Assembly: GCA_977017645.1 (NCBI GenBank)
Contig: OZ360236.1
Span: 6,138,001-6,202,000 of the forward strand
Reading direction: 5' to 3'
From: Torpedo marmorata
Taxonomy: Eukaryota
Length of the DNA stretch: 64,000 bases
Shown: piece by piece, positions 35,871 to 48,319 of the stretch
Numbering within the stretch: position 1 is the stretch's first letter
How the letters are laid out: the number at the start of each line of letters is the position of its first letter
Translations under genes and position numbers: made by a program
Notes under the pieces: model-generated
Databases searched by the model: none
What the model saw: only the letters and a program-made list of their open reading frames with translations
What the model was told of the DNA's origin: nothing

Positions 35871-36736
35871 GCCCTTTTAACACTGGCTAACCAGTAAATT
35901 GGCCGTTCAGTGAACCGGTTAAAGAAGCCGTTTTTGCCGTTCACACTGGACCACTGTTAACTCTGCGTCCTTTCACACTCACCACCAGGCATCCCCGGGG
36001 ATAGGGGAGTCTATCCTCCACCGGTGACGTCTGAGTGACGCATCGAGCGATGGTGGACCTGCCCTAAATCCTGATCAATGTATTATGATCTTGTATTTAA
36101 ACAAAATTAATCATGCCTAATTATAACATAATTAAGCATTATGTACAGCACAGTATGAGCCCTTCAGCCCCTGTTGTTGTGCCGACCTATATAAACCTTT
36201 ATAAATTTCTAAAGGACCGTGGGAAAGTGGTAGCGGCAATAGCGCACAATTTATAAAGACCGTGGGAAAGAGCGATGGCGGACCTGCCCTCCCAGAATTC
36301 CGTGCGGCAGACAAAGGGCTGTATGCACGGAGCACTCTTGGAGGGGTTTCTCTGCCGCACAGAATTCTGGGAGGGCAGGTCCGCCATCGCTCTCTCTCCC
36401 GCTGCGACTTTCCCACGGTCCTTTAGAAATTTAAAGGTTTATGTAGGTCGGCAAAGTTTATATCTTTTTAATCTTTTGTTTCCTTCACGTTCCTGCACTC
36501 ACGCAAAAACTTCATCAACGCGTCACTACTTTGTCCCTGGATAGTCCATGTTCCTTTCACACTGGGCTAATCGGCACGCAGGCGTCAGATGACCCTGGGG
36601 ATGAGAGTAGGGGTCTAGGCAGTCCATCCCCGGTGTGATTTGATGCCTGCGTGCCGATTCTGGAGCGTTCACACTGGACCCTTAACCGGTATATTGGCCG
36701 TTAATTTCTAGGACAAGGTGCCAGTGTGAAAGGGGC
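35871..36736. mobile_element. PIF/Harbinger-like non-autonomous element
   Basis: TIR GCCCTTTTAACACTGGC / GCCAGTGTGAAAGGGGC followed by TAA; internal TTCACACT repeats; TSD imperfect. Confidence 0.7.
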
Positions 36737-36991
36737 TAATGATGATGCTTCTGATCTATTCCAAGTGAGACAGAGGTTCATCTGCATCTCTCCCCACCTA
36801 TTGCATTTTGTGCTCATGATGCAGCCTCCGCTGCATTGGTGAAACCAAGTGTAGACGAGGCAACTGTTTTGTGGAGCACCTGTGCACAGTCCACAATAGC
36901 CATCTTGAGCTCCTCTTCGCATTCCCACCGATCTGTCTGTCCTTGGCCTTCTCCACTGCTACGCAGAGGCCACTTGCAAATTGGAAGAACA

Positions 36992-37255
36992 AGGGCGGCA
37001 CAGTTGGCGTAGCAGTTAGCGCAACGCCTTTACAGCGCCAGCGATCGGGACCGGACCTGGGTTCGAGTCTCGCGCTGTCTGTAAGGAGTTTGTACGTTCT
37101 CCCTGTGTCTGCGTGGGTTTTCTCCGGGGGCTCCGATTTCCTCCTACCCTTCAAAATGTACCGGGGGTGTAGGTTAATGGGGTGTAAATTGGGCGGCACG
37201 AACTCATAGGGCCGAAATGGCCTGTTACAATGCTGTATGTTTAAATTTAAAAAAT
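36992..37255 (+). mobile_element. V-SINE inserted in a Penelope remnant
   Basis: B-box-like GGTTCGAGTC, V-domain and tail. Confidence 0.82.
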
Positions 37256-38023
37256 TTATTCTGCTTGAGTAGCATACAACCCAGTGGTGTGAGCAGTGAA
37301 CTTTCTGATTTCAGGTAACTCGTACCCCCTGTGCTCTTCTGCCACACATACTCACCTGTCAACCAAGTTTTCGGTTTCCTTTGTTCACCTTTCCCATTCT
37401 TTCCCCCTGCTCCCCAACCTGGTTCCATCTGCCTATTATCTCCTTCACCCCATCTGGTTCCACCTGTCCTTCTTTCTTCCACCCCCACCCCCCTGCCCTC
37501 CCCCCACCCCCTCCCTCCACTTGTTTCCTTGTATCACCTACGAGTTTAGTTTTTGGTTCCATCCAACCCCTCCCAACACTGGTGATATTTCCTCTTCCCT
37601 CTCAGTTCTGATGCAGGGTCTCAATCAGAAATGCCAACTTGCACCTTTTGCCCACTGTGTTTTTCCAGCATTTGCGGTTTCTTTTGTCTCCAACCTGTGC
37701 CTGTTATGTACTGATTGGAGACAAATTATTAGGCTCTCCTGTTGATTCCATGGGAGGCATCTCTCATCTGGTTATCTATGACAATTCCTCTTAACTAGCA
37801 GCTAATTCGGTCATTTATGGTCCCATAAAATAGTTTGGCTCCACATACTGCCATCAAGGAGTACCAGAAAAAGACAGACTGCTCTTTCACCTCACTGCTG
37901 ATCTGCAGTGGCTGCCGTTTTTGTCAATATTACAGGCATTGTATTTCTGGAGACATTTACTGTGATGAATTTGAATGTGAGTATCTTATTGATTTTAACA
38001 CGGGACTGCTTTTCTTTGAACAG

Positions 38024-38109
38024 TGGATCCATTGATGGCAATAACCAGCTCGTAATCAAAGGAAGGTTTCAGCAAAAACAAATAGAAAACGTGTTAAGGA
38101 GATACATCA
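38024..38109 (+). CDS. EIF2S2: EIF2S2 coding exon, 86 bp
   Basis: aacag| acceptor and |gtgagt donor; translates [28 protein letters not shown](K). Confidence 0.97.
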
Positions 38110-39039
38110 GTGAGTATGGATTATAAGTGGCCGTGGCAATCAGTGTTAACGTGTGCTAATTTATTTATATGCTTGTGTATATACCAGGTCTTTTAAACTG
38201 TAAATGACGATTGGGGTTCCGCGATTTCCAAGTGCTCCCCAAAAGGGTTCCGTGAGTTAAAAAGTTTGGGAAGCCCTGCTCTAGACATTCTACTCACTCC
38301 TCAGATGACAAGCATGCTATCTCTGGAAACAATCACTCCTCAGATGAGAAGCATGCTATATCTGGAACCAATCTAGTGAATTTTCACTGCATTCTTTCCA
38401 TAGCTAGTGCAGCCTTTCTTGAATACGCAGATGAAATCTCTACACAATACTCAGTGTAATATGACCGACCCAATGCAATTGGAGCAAGGCTTTTTTTTTT
38501 ACTCCAATATTAAAACTTGTAATCATGGCTAACATGCACTTTGCTCTCTTAATTGGTTAGTTCATCTGCATGTTGACCTACAGTGACCTGTGTACAAACA
38601 CAACTGTTTTTTTTTAGTCATACAGCACGGTAGCAGGCCCTTCCGGCCCACGAGCCCGTGCCACCCAAATCACCAATTAACCTACAAACCCTGTACATTT
38701 TGAAGGGTGGATGGACCATCACCACCAGCCAATCTCTTGCCATGTAACAAATACACAGCTTTTCTTTGATGGGAACAAAAGTGGATGACCTTGTGTTTTT
38801 CCACATTGTATTCCACCTGCTCTGTTCTCACCCACTCGTTCAACTTTACATCCTCCATGCAGTAACATAGACAAAAATCATCAGAAAACTTGGAATAGAT
38901 TGTGACGTTGATATGGAGGTGAAAAGCACTGATTCCTGAGGTACCCCACCAGTCACAGCTTGCTGACCTGGGAATGATTTGTTTATCCCCACTCTTTGCT
39001 TGCCTTCTGATAACCAGTTCCAAGTATATTACGTCGTAA

Positions 39040-39490
39040 AACACGAAAATCTGTAGACACCGTGGTTGAAGTAAAAAAACACAAATGCTGGAGAAACTCA
39101 GCAGGTCAAACAGTGTCTTTTATGTAGCAAAGGTAGAAATACATAACCGACGTTTCGGGCTTGAGCCCTTCATCAAAGTATGAGAAAATGCCGGCAGGCG
39201 TCTGAACAAAAGAGTGAGGGGGGTGGCAAAGGCAGGAGATGATAGGTGGAGAAAGGAGGGAGGGGACAGCAGCAAAGAGGGGGAGGAGGGATGGCTGGGT
39301 GGGTGGAAAAAAAGCAGGAAGGACAGGTGAGGGGGGAGGGGAAGGAAATGACAAGCAGGTTTAGTGGAAAGCAGAAAAGTCAATGTTAATGCCATCTGGC
39401 TGGAGAGTGTCCAGACAGAAAATGAGATGTTGTTCCTCCAATTTGCGGGTAGTCTGGGTGGGATAGTACATAAGGCCATGGACAGACATG
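39040..39490 (-). mobile_element. Penelope pLTR/3' fragment
   Basis: Closely matches 29093-29566. Confidence 0.85.
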
Positions 39491-39886
39491 GACAGTATAT
39501 TACTCCCACTTTCATGTGCTGTAGCCTTATTGAATGTCTCACTTGGGATCTAGCCAAAAATTAAAGAATTTCATGTATGTTACATTCTAAATGTAGTATT
39601 ACGTGACAATAATGGAACCTTTACCTTAATAGAAAGCCTTTGGAAAATCCAAATACACCACATTCACTGATTTCCCCCTTATCCGTTCTACTAGTTACAT
39701 TCTCAAAGAACTCGAGCAGATTAGTTCATCCGACTAAGAAGTATCTTGCCCATTGGAGTGCAAATAAATTATAAGCGGAAGATGCGGGAAACACTCAACA
39801 GCTCACGTAGAAAGAATAGTAGAGTTGACGTTTCAGGTCAAAGACCCTTGGTGGGGAGTGTTACTGAACCCAACAAAGCTATAGAT

Positions 39887-40598
39887 AAGGGCTTTCCAAA
39901 CTTTTTAACTCACAGAACCCTTTTTGGGAGCACTGAGAAATCGCGGAACCCCAATTGTCATTTACAATTTAAAAGACCTGGTATATACACAAGCATATAA
40001 ATAAATAAATATAAAGCATATACAAGCATATAAAAAAAAAAAGTAAATAAACTCACCAGTAGCGGATTAACTTCCACCCGGGCCCTCGGCTGAGCTTCAG
40101 TAAGGCGCGCACCCCACCCCCCCCACCCCGACCATGCCCCGCCACGGGCCCGGGCTACCCCCGCCACCCCTTGCTCCCCGCTGCACCCCAGTTCGCCTCC
40201 GTCGCTCCCCGCCACAGCCCAGGCCGCCTCCGCCGCACCTCGCTCCCCGCCGCAGCCCAGGCCGCACCTCGCTCCCCACCGCAGCCCAGGCCGCCTCCGC
40301 CGCCCCTCGCTCCCCGCTTAGCGAGCGAGAAGAGGGGAGGCAGTTTAAATTTTTTAAATGTGGCCAGCCTCGCGCCAAAAGAAATCCAAGTCTCATTGGT
40401 TGAAAATGGCGTCTTGAGGCCTGACGTCTGCGCTGCTGACGTCAGTCCTCAAGGCGTCATTTTGTTTTGTTAGCGTCGAGGCAACTGTTCAGTAACACAG
40501 GTAAAAAGTAATTTAAGTTAAATAAAAACAGTTTTTTTTTACAAGTTTTAGTTATTAGTACCCATTTCTTCTGCGGAACCCAGTTTGGGGAAACGCTG
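39887..40598. mobile_element. hAT (Charlie-like) MITE; an inverted end fragment lies at 38158-38278
   Basis: Ends AAGGGCTTTCCAAACT and AGTTTGGGGAAACGCTG, GGAACCC subterminal motifs, GC-rich core; TSD not clear. Confidence 0.72.
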
Positions 40599-40710
40599 CT
40601 AAATCATATTGTAAATATTTGATTCTGCAGCTATGACTGGAGTTTTCATACTCTTATTTCAGCACACACTGCTTATAAAAGTGCTCAGAAATTCTAAATG
40701 ATTCAGAAAT

Positions 40711-41465
40711 AGATTCAAGATTCTTTTATTGTCATGTCTTAGTACAGAACATGTAATATTACACAAAATTGCCTTCTGCCTGCCGCAAAGCAGACAAAGA
40801 GTCGCCATTAGTGTCACCCAGTGGCCCTTACAGTACAAGAGAAAGCAGCAAAAGAGTGTCCCTTCAAAGACACTGAGTGTCCGTGGATTCGTCTCCTGTG
40901 CTCCCACAGACTCCTGTTCGATCCATCGGCAACCAGAGCTACAGATCCAAACCTCCAATACGATCAGGAAGCTTTCAGTGCCCGAGGCCCTTTGGGAGCC
41001 CTTCTTGCTCTCAGCGGCCTCTCGAATCCCGGCTCCGATACCTGGTTCCCATGAGCCAGTCTCCAGTAGCCCGCAGCCCATGCAGGTCCGTCCGTCCGTT
41101 CCCCCCCGCCGACCACGTGGCCTGTGTGGGACTCTCAGCCGCTGAGCCCCTGCCGTGGTCACTGTCCTGTAGGGTCGCCTCTGCTTCTCCTTCTCAATGG
41201 GGGGGTGTTCTCCCCGTTTCTGGTGCCCTGCTCTGGTCCACTGCTCCCAGGAGTCTGCAACCCATCGTGGCCACTGCCAAGCACAGGAGCCGCCATCTTT
41301 GGTATAGACATTCGCGGTTGCAGGATTTTACTTACAAACGCCGTCGGCTCCTTTAACTGGCCGTTTAAAGCCTGTACGGAGCCGACGCTGTTTGCTCTCT
41401 GCTCTCCTGGGTCCGCACCAGCGGCAGCACTGCCGTTACAGCAGCTCCGGCAGCGCCACCATTTT
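40711..41465 (-). mobile_element. Non-coding retroposon, copy 4 (diverged)
   Basis: AAAATGGTGGCGCTG start and TGACAATAAAAGAATCTTGAATC tail. Confidence 0.75.
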
Positions 41466-41756
41466 TTTACGCTCTGTTTGAATTGAACTATTCTTTCAAA
41501 TTTCTAACTATTTCTCCATACTCCTTTTTTTATTCCCCCAATGACTGGTCTGGGTTTTGCGCATTGGCCTTCCTGTTGAACTGATGTTGCCAGGCTCAGA
41601 GCTGGAAGTTGGGTTTCGATGATGCAAGATTTGTTAATACAGTAGAATCCCCATTATCTGGCATCTACGGGGATCACGGATGCCGCACATGCGAAATTTC
41701 CGGTTGACTGAGACACACCATTACAATGCCTAATTAATACACCTGCATTAAGAATA

Positions 41757-43884
41757 CAGGTAGTCCTCAACTTATGACCTACGCGAGTTACGTCCACCCG
41801 CACATACGACCGAATTTTTTTTTGTATTAAAAGTACTGTATATATGTTGAGATTCTTTATTACAGTATTTACTTGAAGTTCATAAATATCGCATAATAAA
41901 TTGTGCGACGACGCTGAACGCTCACAGCTTAACTCTGCTCAGCAGCATGTTTAAACTCGTTAGAAGTAATCATTGGACTCTGGCGTCGGGCAGGATTGGC
42001 GGTTCAATGTGGGATCAATGGCTGTCTTCGTTATCCATAATTCCCTACGCAGCTGGAACCACTCTGCCAGTGCCAGCGCCAGGGAAACGCAGAGCTGTTC
42101 CAGCTGCGTGGGGGATTATGGGTAACGAAGACACGTTCGGGGTGTCAGGAGCTCGGATGGGCGGGCGGCCCAGGCAAGGATCCGCGGTCGGGGGAGTCGG
42201 GAGCTCCGGTGGGCGGGTGGCCGAGGCGTCGGGAGCTCGCATGGGTGGGCGGTTGGGGCGTCGGGAGCTCGGATGGGTGAGCGGTCGGGGCGTCTGGAGC
42301 TTCAATGAGCGGGTGGCTGGTACGTCGGGAGCTCGGATGGGTGAGCTGTTCCATATAATAGCGATAGCAGAACACTTAGGCAGAAATAATAGTATAAGGG
42401 CTAGTCAGCATGGATTCCTTAAGGGTAAGTCATGCTTGACTAACCTCCTGGAATTTTTCGAAGATGTGACAAAGAGGGTGGACTTGGGAGAGCCAGTGGA
42501 TGTGGTGTATTTGGACTTCCAGAAGGCCTTTGATAAGGTCCCGCACGGGAGACTAGTGGGCAAGATCAGGGAGCATGGTATTGGAGGTAAGGTGCTGACA
42601 TGGATAGGAAATTGGTTAATAAATAGGAAACAAAGGGTTGGGGTAAGCGGGTCTTTTTCAGGATGGCAGGATGTGACGAGTGGAGTGCCGCAGGGATCGG
42701 TGCTGGGTCCTCAGTTGTTTGTCATTTATGTAAATGATTTGGATGAAGGGATTATTAATAACATGAGCAAATTTGCAGACGACACTAAACTGGGTGGCGG
42801 TGTAAAGTGTGAGGAGGATGTCAGGAAAATGCAGAGGGACTTGGACAGGTTGGGGGAGTGGGCTGAAGAATGGAAGATGAAGTTCAATGTGAGCAAATGT
42901 GAGGTTATCCATTTTGGGGGCAGTAATAGGAAAGCTGAGTATTATTTAAATGGAGACAAGCTAGGGAGTGGGGAAGTGCAAATGGATCGGGTGTACTTGT
43001 ACACCGGTCACTGAAGGCTAACATGCAGGTTCAGAAAGCTGTGAAGGAGGCAAATGGCATGTTGGCTTTCATAAAGAGGGGATTGGAGTATAGGAGCAGA
43101 GACGCCCTTCTGCAGTTGTACAGGGCCCTGGTGAGACATCACCTGGAGTAGTTCTGGTCCCCTAATTTGAGGAAGGACATACTAGCTATAGAGGGTGTGC
43201 AGCGCAGATTTACAATGTTAGTTCCAGGGATGGCAGGATTGACATATGCTGAAAGGTTAGAAAATCTGGACTTATATCCGATGGAGTTTAGAAGGATGAG
43301 GGGGGACATGATTGAGGTATACAAGATTATCAAGGGGATAGACAGGGTGAAGTTGAATTACTTGTTCCCAATGATGGGAGAGACGAGGACTAGAGGGCAT
43401 AGTTTACGAATACGTCCCTTTAGGACGGAGATGAGGAAAAAAAATTTTACTCAGAAAAGTGTGAATCTGTGGAATGCTCTGCCACAGAGGGTGGTAGAGG
43501 CAGATTCGCTGATTATGTTCTAAAGAGAGTTAGATAAGACTCTAGTGGGCAGGGGAGTTAAGGGTTATGGGGATAAGGCTGGAAAGGGGTACTGATAGTA
43601 GTGATCAGCCATGATCTGTAAAATGGCAGTGCTGGCTCGACGGGCCGAAGGGCCTACTCCAGCTCCTATTGTCTATAAGGATGGGTTTCCCTTGAATTAG
43701 CTAGGACCAGAATCCAAGTAAATACAACAACTAGAGCTGGAAACAAGGCTTTAAACTGAAAATAATGTTGATGGTAGTGGGGGTGGTAGCAGATGTGCGC
43801 GCCAGGATGAATCCGACTTACGACCAATCCGAGTTACGACCACTCCTTTGGTCCCAATTACGGTCGTAAGTCGAGGACTACCTG
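41757..43884. mobile_element. Tigger-type MITE B nested in A
   Basis: TA-CAGGTAGTCCTCAACTTATGACC ... GGTCGTAAGTCGAGGACTACCTG-TA; internal GTCGGGAGCTCGGATGGG repeats. Confidence 0.88.
42362..43678 (+). mobile_element. CR1 LINE nested in MITE B
   Basis: SQHGFLKGKSCLTNLLEFF..SGVPQGSVLGP..KFADDTK and a CR1 tail. Confidence 0.92.
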
Positions 43885-44542
43885 TACACAGTTTAAAATA
43901 CAAAAGACTATGCAAAATGTGAAGTAATTTGAAAAAAAATCAGTATTGTGGTATTTAATTATGTAAAGTTCACTTAATCAGGTAATTCCCGTAACTTACA
44001 AAACTTAAATTTAAATTCGAACCCCAGTCACTGGCGCTGTAACAGCATTGCGCTAACCACTACGCTAACTGTGCCGCCCTCATATTTAACCCCCTCTCCC
44101 AAGTTTGCAGTTAAAGCTTTACTAATGAGGGCGGGGCACGACCGGGGCACTCCACTGGCTGAATGTTTGCTCCCATCTTTACCAAGGGGTTGTGTTTTGC
44201 TTCAGAGAACATTTACAATTTTAAACTTTTATTTAAAATTTTATTTATTCTTTCTTATTTTAAATTTTATTTCTTTATTTATTTCCTCAATTTTTTTTTG
44301 CCGGTTGTTTGGGTTTCTGGTTGAATTCCGATAATGGGGATTCTACTGTACTGTTTATTTCCAACAGTGGTTTGTTGTTGGCCGTATTTGCCCCTAATAA
44401 ATTCTCGTGCTTTCATACCTGAACATTAAAAGTATTTTAAAAACTTGTACAAAGGATTAAAATTGAATTGGGTGTTCTGTGGAACCTCTTGACATAACTG
44501 ATGTGTATTTTTTATTGATTTCTCCATCCCCTGATTTCACAG

Positions 44543-44718
44543 AGGAGTACGTTACCTGTCATACCTGCCGGTCACCAGACACCATCCTGCAGAAGGACAC
44601 ACGTCTGTATTTCTTGCAGTGCGAGACCTGTCATTCACGCTGTTCTGTGGCCAGCATCAAAACCGGCTTCCAGGCTGTCACCGGAAAGCGTGCTCAGCTC
44701 CGTGCCAAAGCACATTAG
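44543..44718 (+). CDS. EIF2S2: EIF2S2 last coding exon (C2-C2 zinc ribbon)
   Basis: tttcacag| acceptor; translates [57 protein letters not shown] then TAG. Confidence 0.98.
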
Positions 44719-45458
44719 CCGAAACCCTAACCAATGGAGAGAACGGGAACTGAGGATTGATGTAACGGAACTGTTTTACCAAGCAAGGGGTGGGTTTTAA
44801 GTGCATCAAAAATTTAAGAATTGCCGACAGCTCTGCAGAGGCGAGCGAGGAACGGCGAGCAATAGTCCATGAAGGCTTCCCAAGCCCCAGAGTTCATTGT
44901 GACATTCCTGTTACACTGCTCTGTTGATAACCTGTCCAGTCACCAGTATAAACAGCAAAGGTGGTTGCCTTTTACACCACACAAGTTCACCAAGCTACTG
45001 GAGGTGCAGCATAATATCTTGATGTTTGGAAATGATCCACTGAATGTTGATTCTTAGAGTATATAGTTCCTCCCTTTGAATATACCTCACCCTGGTGTTG
45101 GCCATCCCACTGTCTGGCTGCTGTGCTTTTCAAACAGAGGAGTGGGGTGATGGGAGGTGTTGCCCAAATTGTGCTAAATGAGTTGGAAATCTATTAAACA
45201 AATTCCCTGCAAATTATTTAAAACTGTTGACTTTTTTTTATGATGGCACCTTTCCAAATCATACCTTTTGAATACCAGGGTGAGGTCTGTGTTTTGGAAC
45301 CTAATCATTGCTGATTTTGCAGCAGTTCTGAAGGTTTATCCATATTCAGCTAAGGATTAGTTGGGGAAGGGTTTTTAAAAAAAATATACAAGGTATGTGA
45401 GCTGATTGCAACCTCAGGACTGTGTACCAATGTGCGAGAGTGTGCGCAAGTAAGATGT

Positions 45459-45464
45459 AATAAA
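45459..45464 (+). promoter_or_regulatory. Candidate EIF2S2 poly(A) signal
   Basis: AATAAA about 740 nt after the stop in unique sequence, followed by GT/T-rich sequence. An alternative ATTAAA lies at 45193-45198. Confidence 0.5.
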
Positions 45465-47209
45465 AGTTGTGGTTAACAGTCAAGCTCCTCTGCTTCTGGC
45501 ACTGTTTGCACTGCATTTCTAAAAATCCTGACAATTTTGCTGTTTCACATGATAAACTGTGCCTGTATGCTCTTCAACACTCAATGTGTTTCAGTGAAAA
45601 ATAAAAAACTACAGATGTAGAACATTTAAAATAAAACAATGCTGGAAAAAGTGGGGTCAGGTAGCATACGTGGAGAGAAAAACCCAGATGAGATTGCATC
45701 AGTCATGATGAAAAGTCATTGCAGACTGAAACAGCTAATGATTCTACTCAGTCACTGCAGGACCTGCAAGGTATTTCCAACACTGTGTTTCTATTTCACA
45801 CTTCACTGAGGATAGGCGAGCGGGTCTTCGGAACCGGTGCAACTCTGCAAAAGCTCTTGCTGTGTTTATCTGCTTGCATCTTCCTTTTCAATGTGGCTGA
45901 ACGGCTCCCTGTTTCAGAACACATCTTCCATCACCCCTTATTTTTTATAAATCATTTGGATTTCTGTTTGAAGCTATTTTTATAAGGTTGGAAGGATAGG
46001 TGGTAAGATTGGTGGTGCTCCTTCAAATGTGAATTGCATTGGCACAAACAACATAATTTGCAAATTTGTTACCTGTCCCCTTCCCAATTAAGCCAGTATT
46101 TCAATCAAGCAGGTGAAGAAAACAAAACGCCAAGTTCTTTGGAATGACTTGTGGAAATAAATGTTTATTTTCTGGATGTTGAAGGACGAAGAAAGAAAAT
46201 AATACAGGCTATGGCACCATTTGGTTGAGTGGGGCATCTTCCTCAATAAAAGTCTGGGGCAATTAAGATAATGTTGAGTAGTGTGAAACTAAAGGATGTG
46301 CACAAACTATACCTGTGTTTGTCTGTATTTCCCTATTGCATGTTATTGGCATGGACTCTGAGCCTGGAATGGGCTAAGCAATGTTTTGGTGATGTATGAG
46401 GCACCTTCCCTATTCAGCAAACGCCTCTTTGGAACTGAGAATGCCAAGATCTTGAGAGTTGATATCAGAGAATTGTCTCCATCCACTGTAATGTAAGCAC
46501 AGAAAAGGGATGTACTTTTTTAAATTGAGCTATTGCTTTTTCCTTCCAGAAGTACTTTGTAGGTGCTGTGCAACTATTTTTCTTTGTCAGGTCAACAGAC
46601 TGCAAGTGCAATTGTGAACAAACTGTTGCCTTATTCCCAAAGGTTATGTAATGCAAGTTAATAGGAGCTTCCTTGGAGAACGGTGCAAGACATTTGAAAA
46701 TAAATGGATGGACTTCTCACACAGACTGGTGTGTCATGCATTCTTTCGAATTGCAAAACTTTGACGTGCTGGGGAACACGAATTGGAGGGTGAAAGTTAG
46801 CTAGCCTTAACCCTGATACCTTCACAGTTTACCTGTGGGTAGAACTTGGAATGGAAAATCTCAAACCATTTTAAATGGTATACATCAATGGAATGTAAGC
46901 TTCAAGAGACCCATGGAAGAATTAATTTGCCTATCAAGTTATTTAGTATTGTCCCAGAACATAAAGCAGTACAGCACAGGAACAGGCCCTTTGCACACTG
47001 CACATGATGCCAATAATACTATCTGCCTGCATGTGGTCTGTATCCCTCTCTTCCATGCCTGTTGGAAAACAGCAAATGTCACGCCACTGTTTAAAAAAGG
47101 ATCGAGGCAAAAGGCAGGTAACTAAAGGTCAGTTCGCTTAACATTTGCAGTTGGGAAAATGCTTGATGCTATCAAAGAGTGGAACATCTGGATAGAAATG
47201 GTACCCTTG

Positions 47210-47362
47210 CCGGTATGTTTTGAAGGGTGGGAGGAAACTGAAGCCTCTGCAGAAAACCCTTGCAGACACGGGAAGAACGTACAAACTACAGACAGTGCGG
47301 GATTTGAACCCCGTTCGCTGGAGCTGTAACACCGTTGCGCTGACCGCTACGCTAACTGCTGC
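47210..47362 (-). mobile_element. V-SINE fragment inside a CR1 remnant (~46950-47660)
   Basis: Reverse-complement V-domain and tRNA-like head. Confidence 0.7.
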
Positions 47363-48319
47363 CCAGTTGGATTTCCAGAGGGTGTTGAATAAGCTGCCAC
47401 ATAAAACACATCCACAAGGATGCAAGGAATTGGGAGAAATGTATCAGCATGCATAGAGGATTGGTTAACCAGTAGAAGTTTAATTTAAAAATTTAAAGGC
47501 AGAGAGTTGGGGTAAATGGGTGTTTCTCTAATTGACAATCAGTGGTGAGCGGAGAGCCACAGGGGTCGGTGCTGGGCCTGCAATTGTTCACGATATACAG
47601 AAATGATTTGAAAGGGGACCTGAGTAACGTGTCCAAGTTTGCTGATGAAATTAAAATGAGTGGAAAATAAATTGGAATCACTCGTTTTCAGTCTATGTTT
47701 TTTTTAAAATTCATTGGATTTTAAAGGGTGGGGGGGGGGGGGAGAGGAATCTCCAGCAATGAGAAAATAGCTTTGTTCCTCAGCAAGACATTCTTTTCCA
47801 CAGTTCGGGGATCTGTGCAGACGTGAAGAGCCAGCCCAGCCTTTGTTCCTCACTAATTGCCCTGCAACTGAGTGTCTCACTGAACCGTTGCATGTCGCTG
47901 AGAGTCTGGAGTCACGTCTAAACCAAACCAAGAGAGGACATCAGTGAAGTCAGATGGATTTTACAGTACAACCGTCACCATTACTGACACTACCTCTTTA
48001 TTAACATATCCAGGTTTATTTAATTTCCCATCCCACCCTAGCCACATTCTTCACCCCTTCCCATCGAGGAGATTCACGAGTGTGAGATCACACACAATCA
48101 GATTCCAGGGCAGTTTCTTTCATGCTGTTATCAGACACCTGAATGAACCTCACACTACTAAAATAATGTTGCCTATGATCTGTTCTAACTGTAACTGCAC
48201 TGTGCTTCACTTGCTGTACAATGTATGGGATGAGTCACTGGGCTGCTGGGAAGCAAACTCACTGCATCTCTCTTCTTGAACTTAATGCCTCTGGTCAGTG
48301 TGGAGCTTGAACAGATAGT

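Larger units (their letters stand above)
41640..44348. mobile_element. Tigger-type MITE A (outer)
   Basis: TA-CAGTAGAATCCCCATTATC ... GATAATGGGGATTCTACTG-TA. Confidence 0.88.

Noticed and set aside
41947-43014. 355-aa ORF that looks like an RT with a novel Gly/Arg-rich N-terminus
   Set aside because: Chance read-through from MITE B internal repeats into a truncated CR1; the RT frameshifts near 42990.
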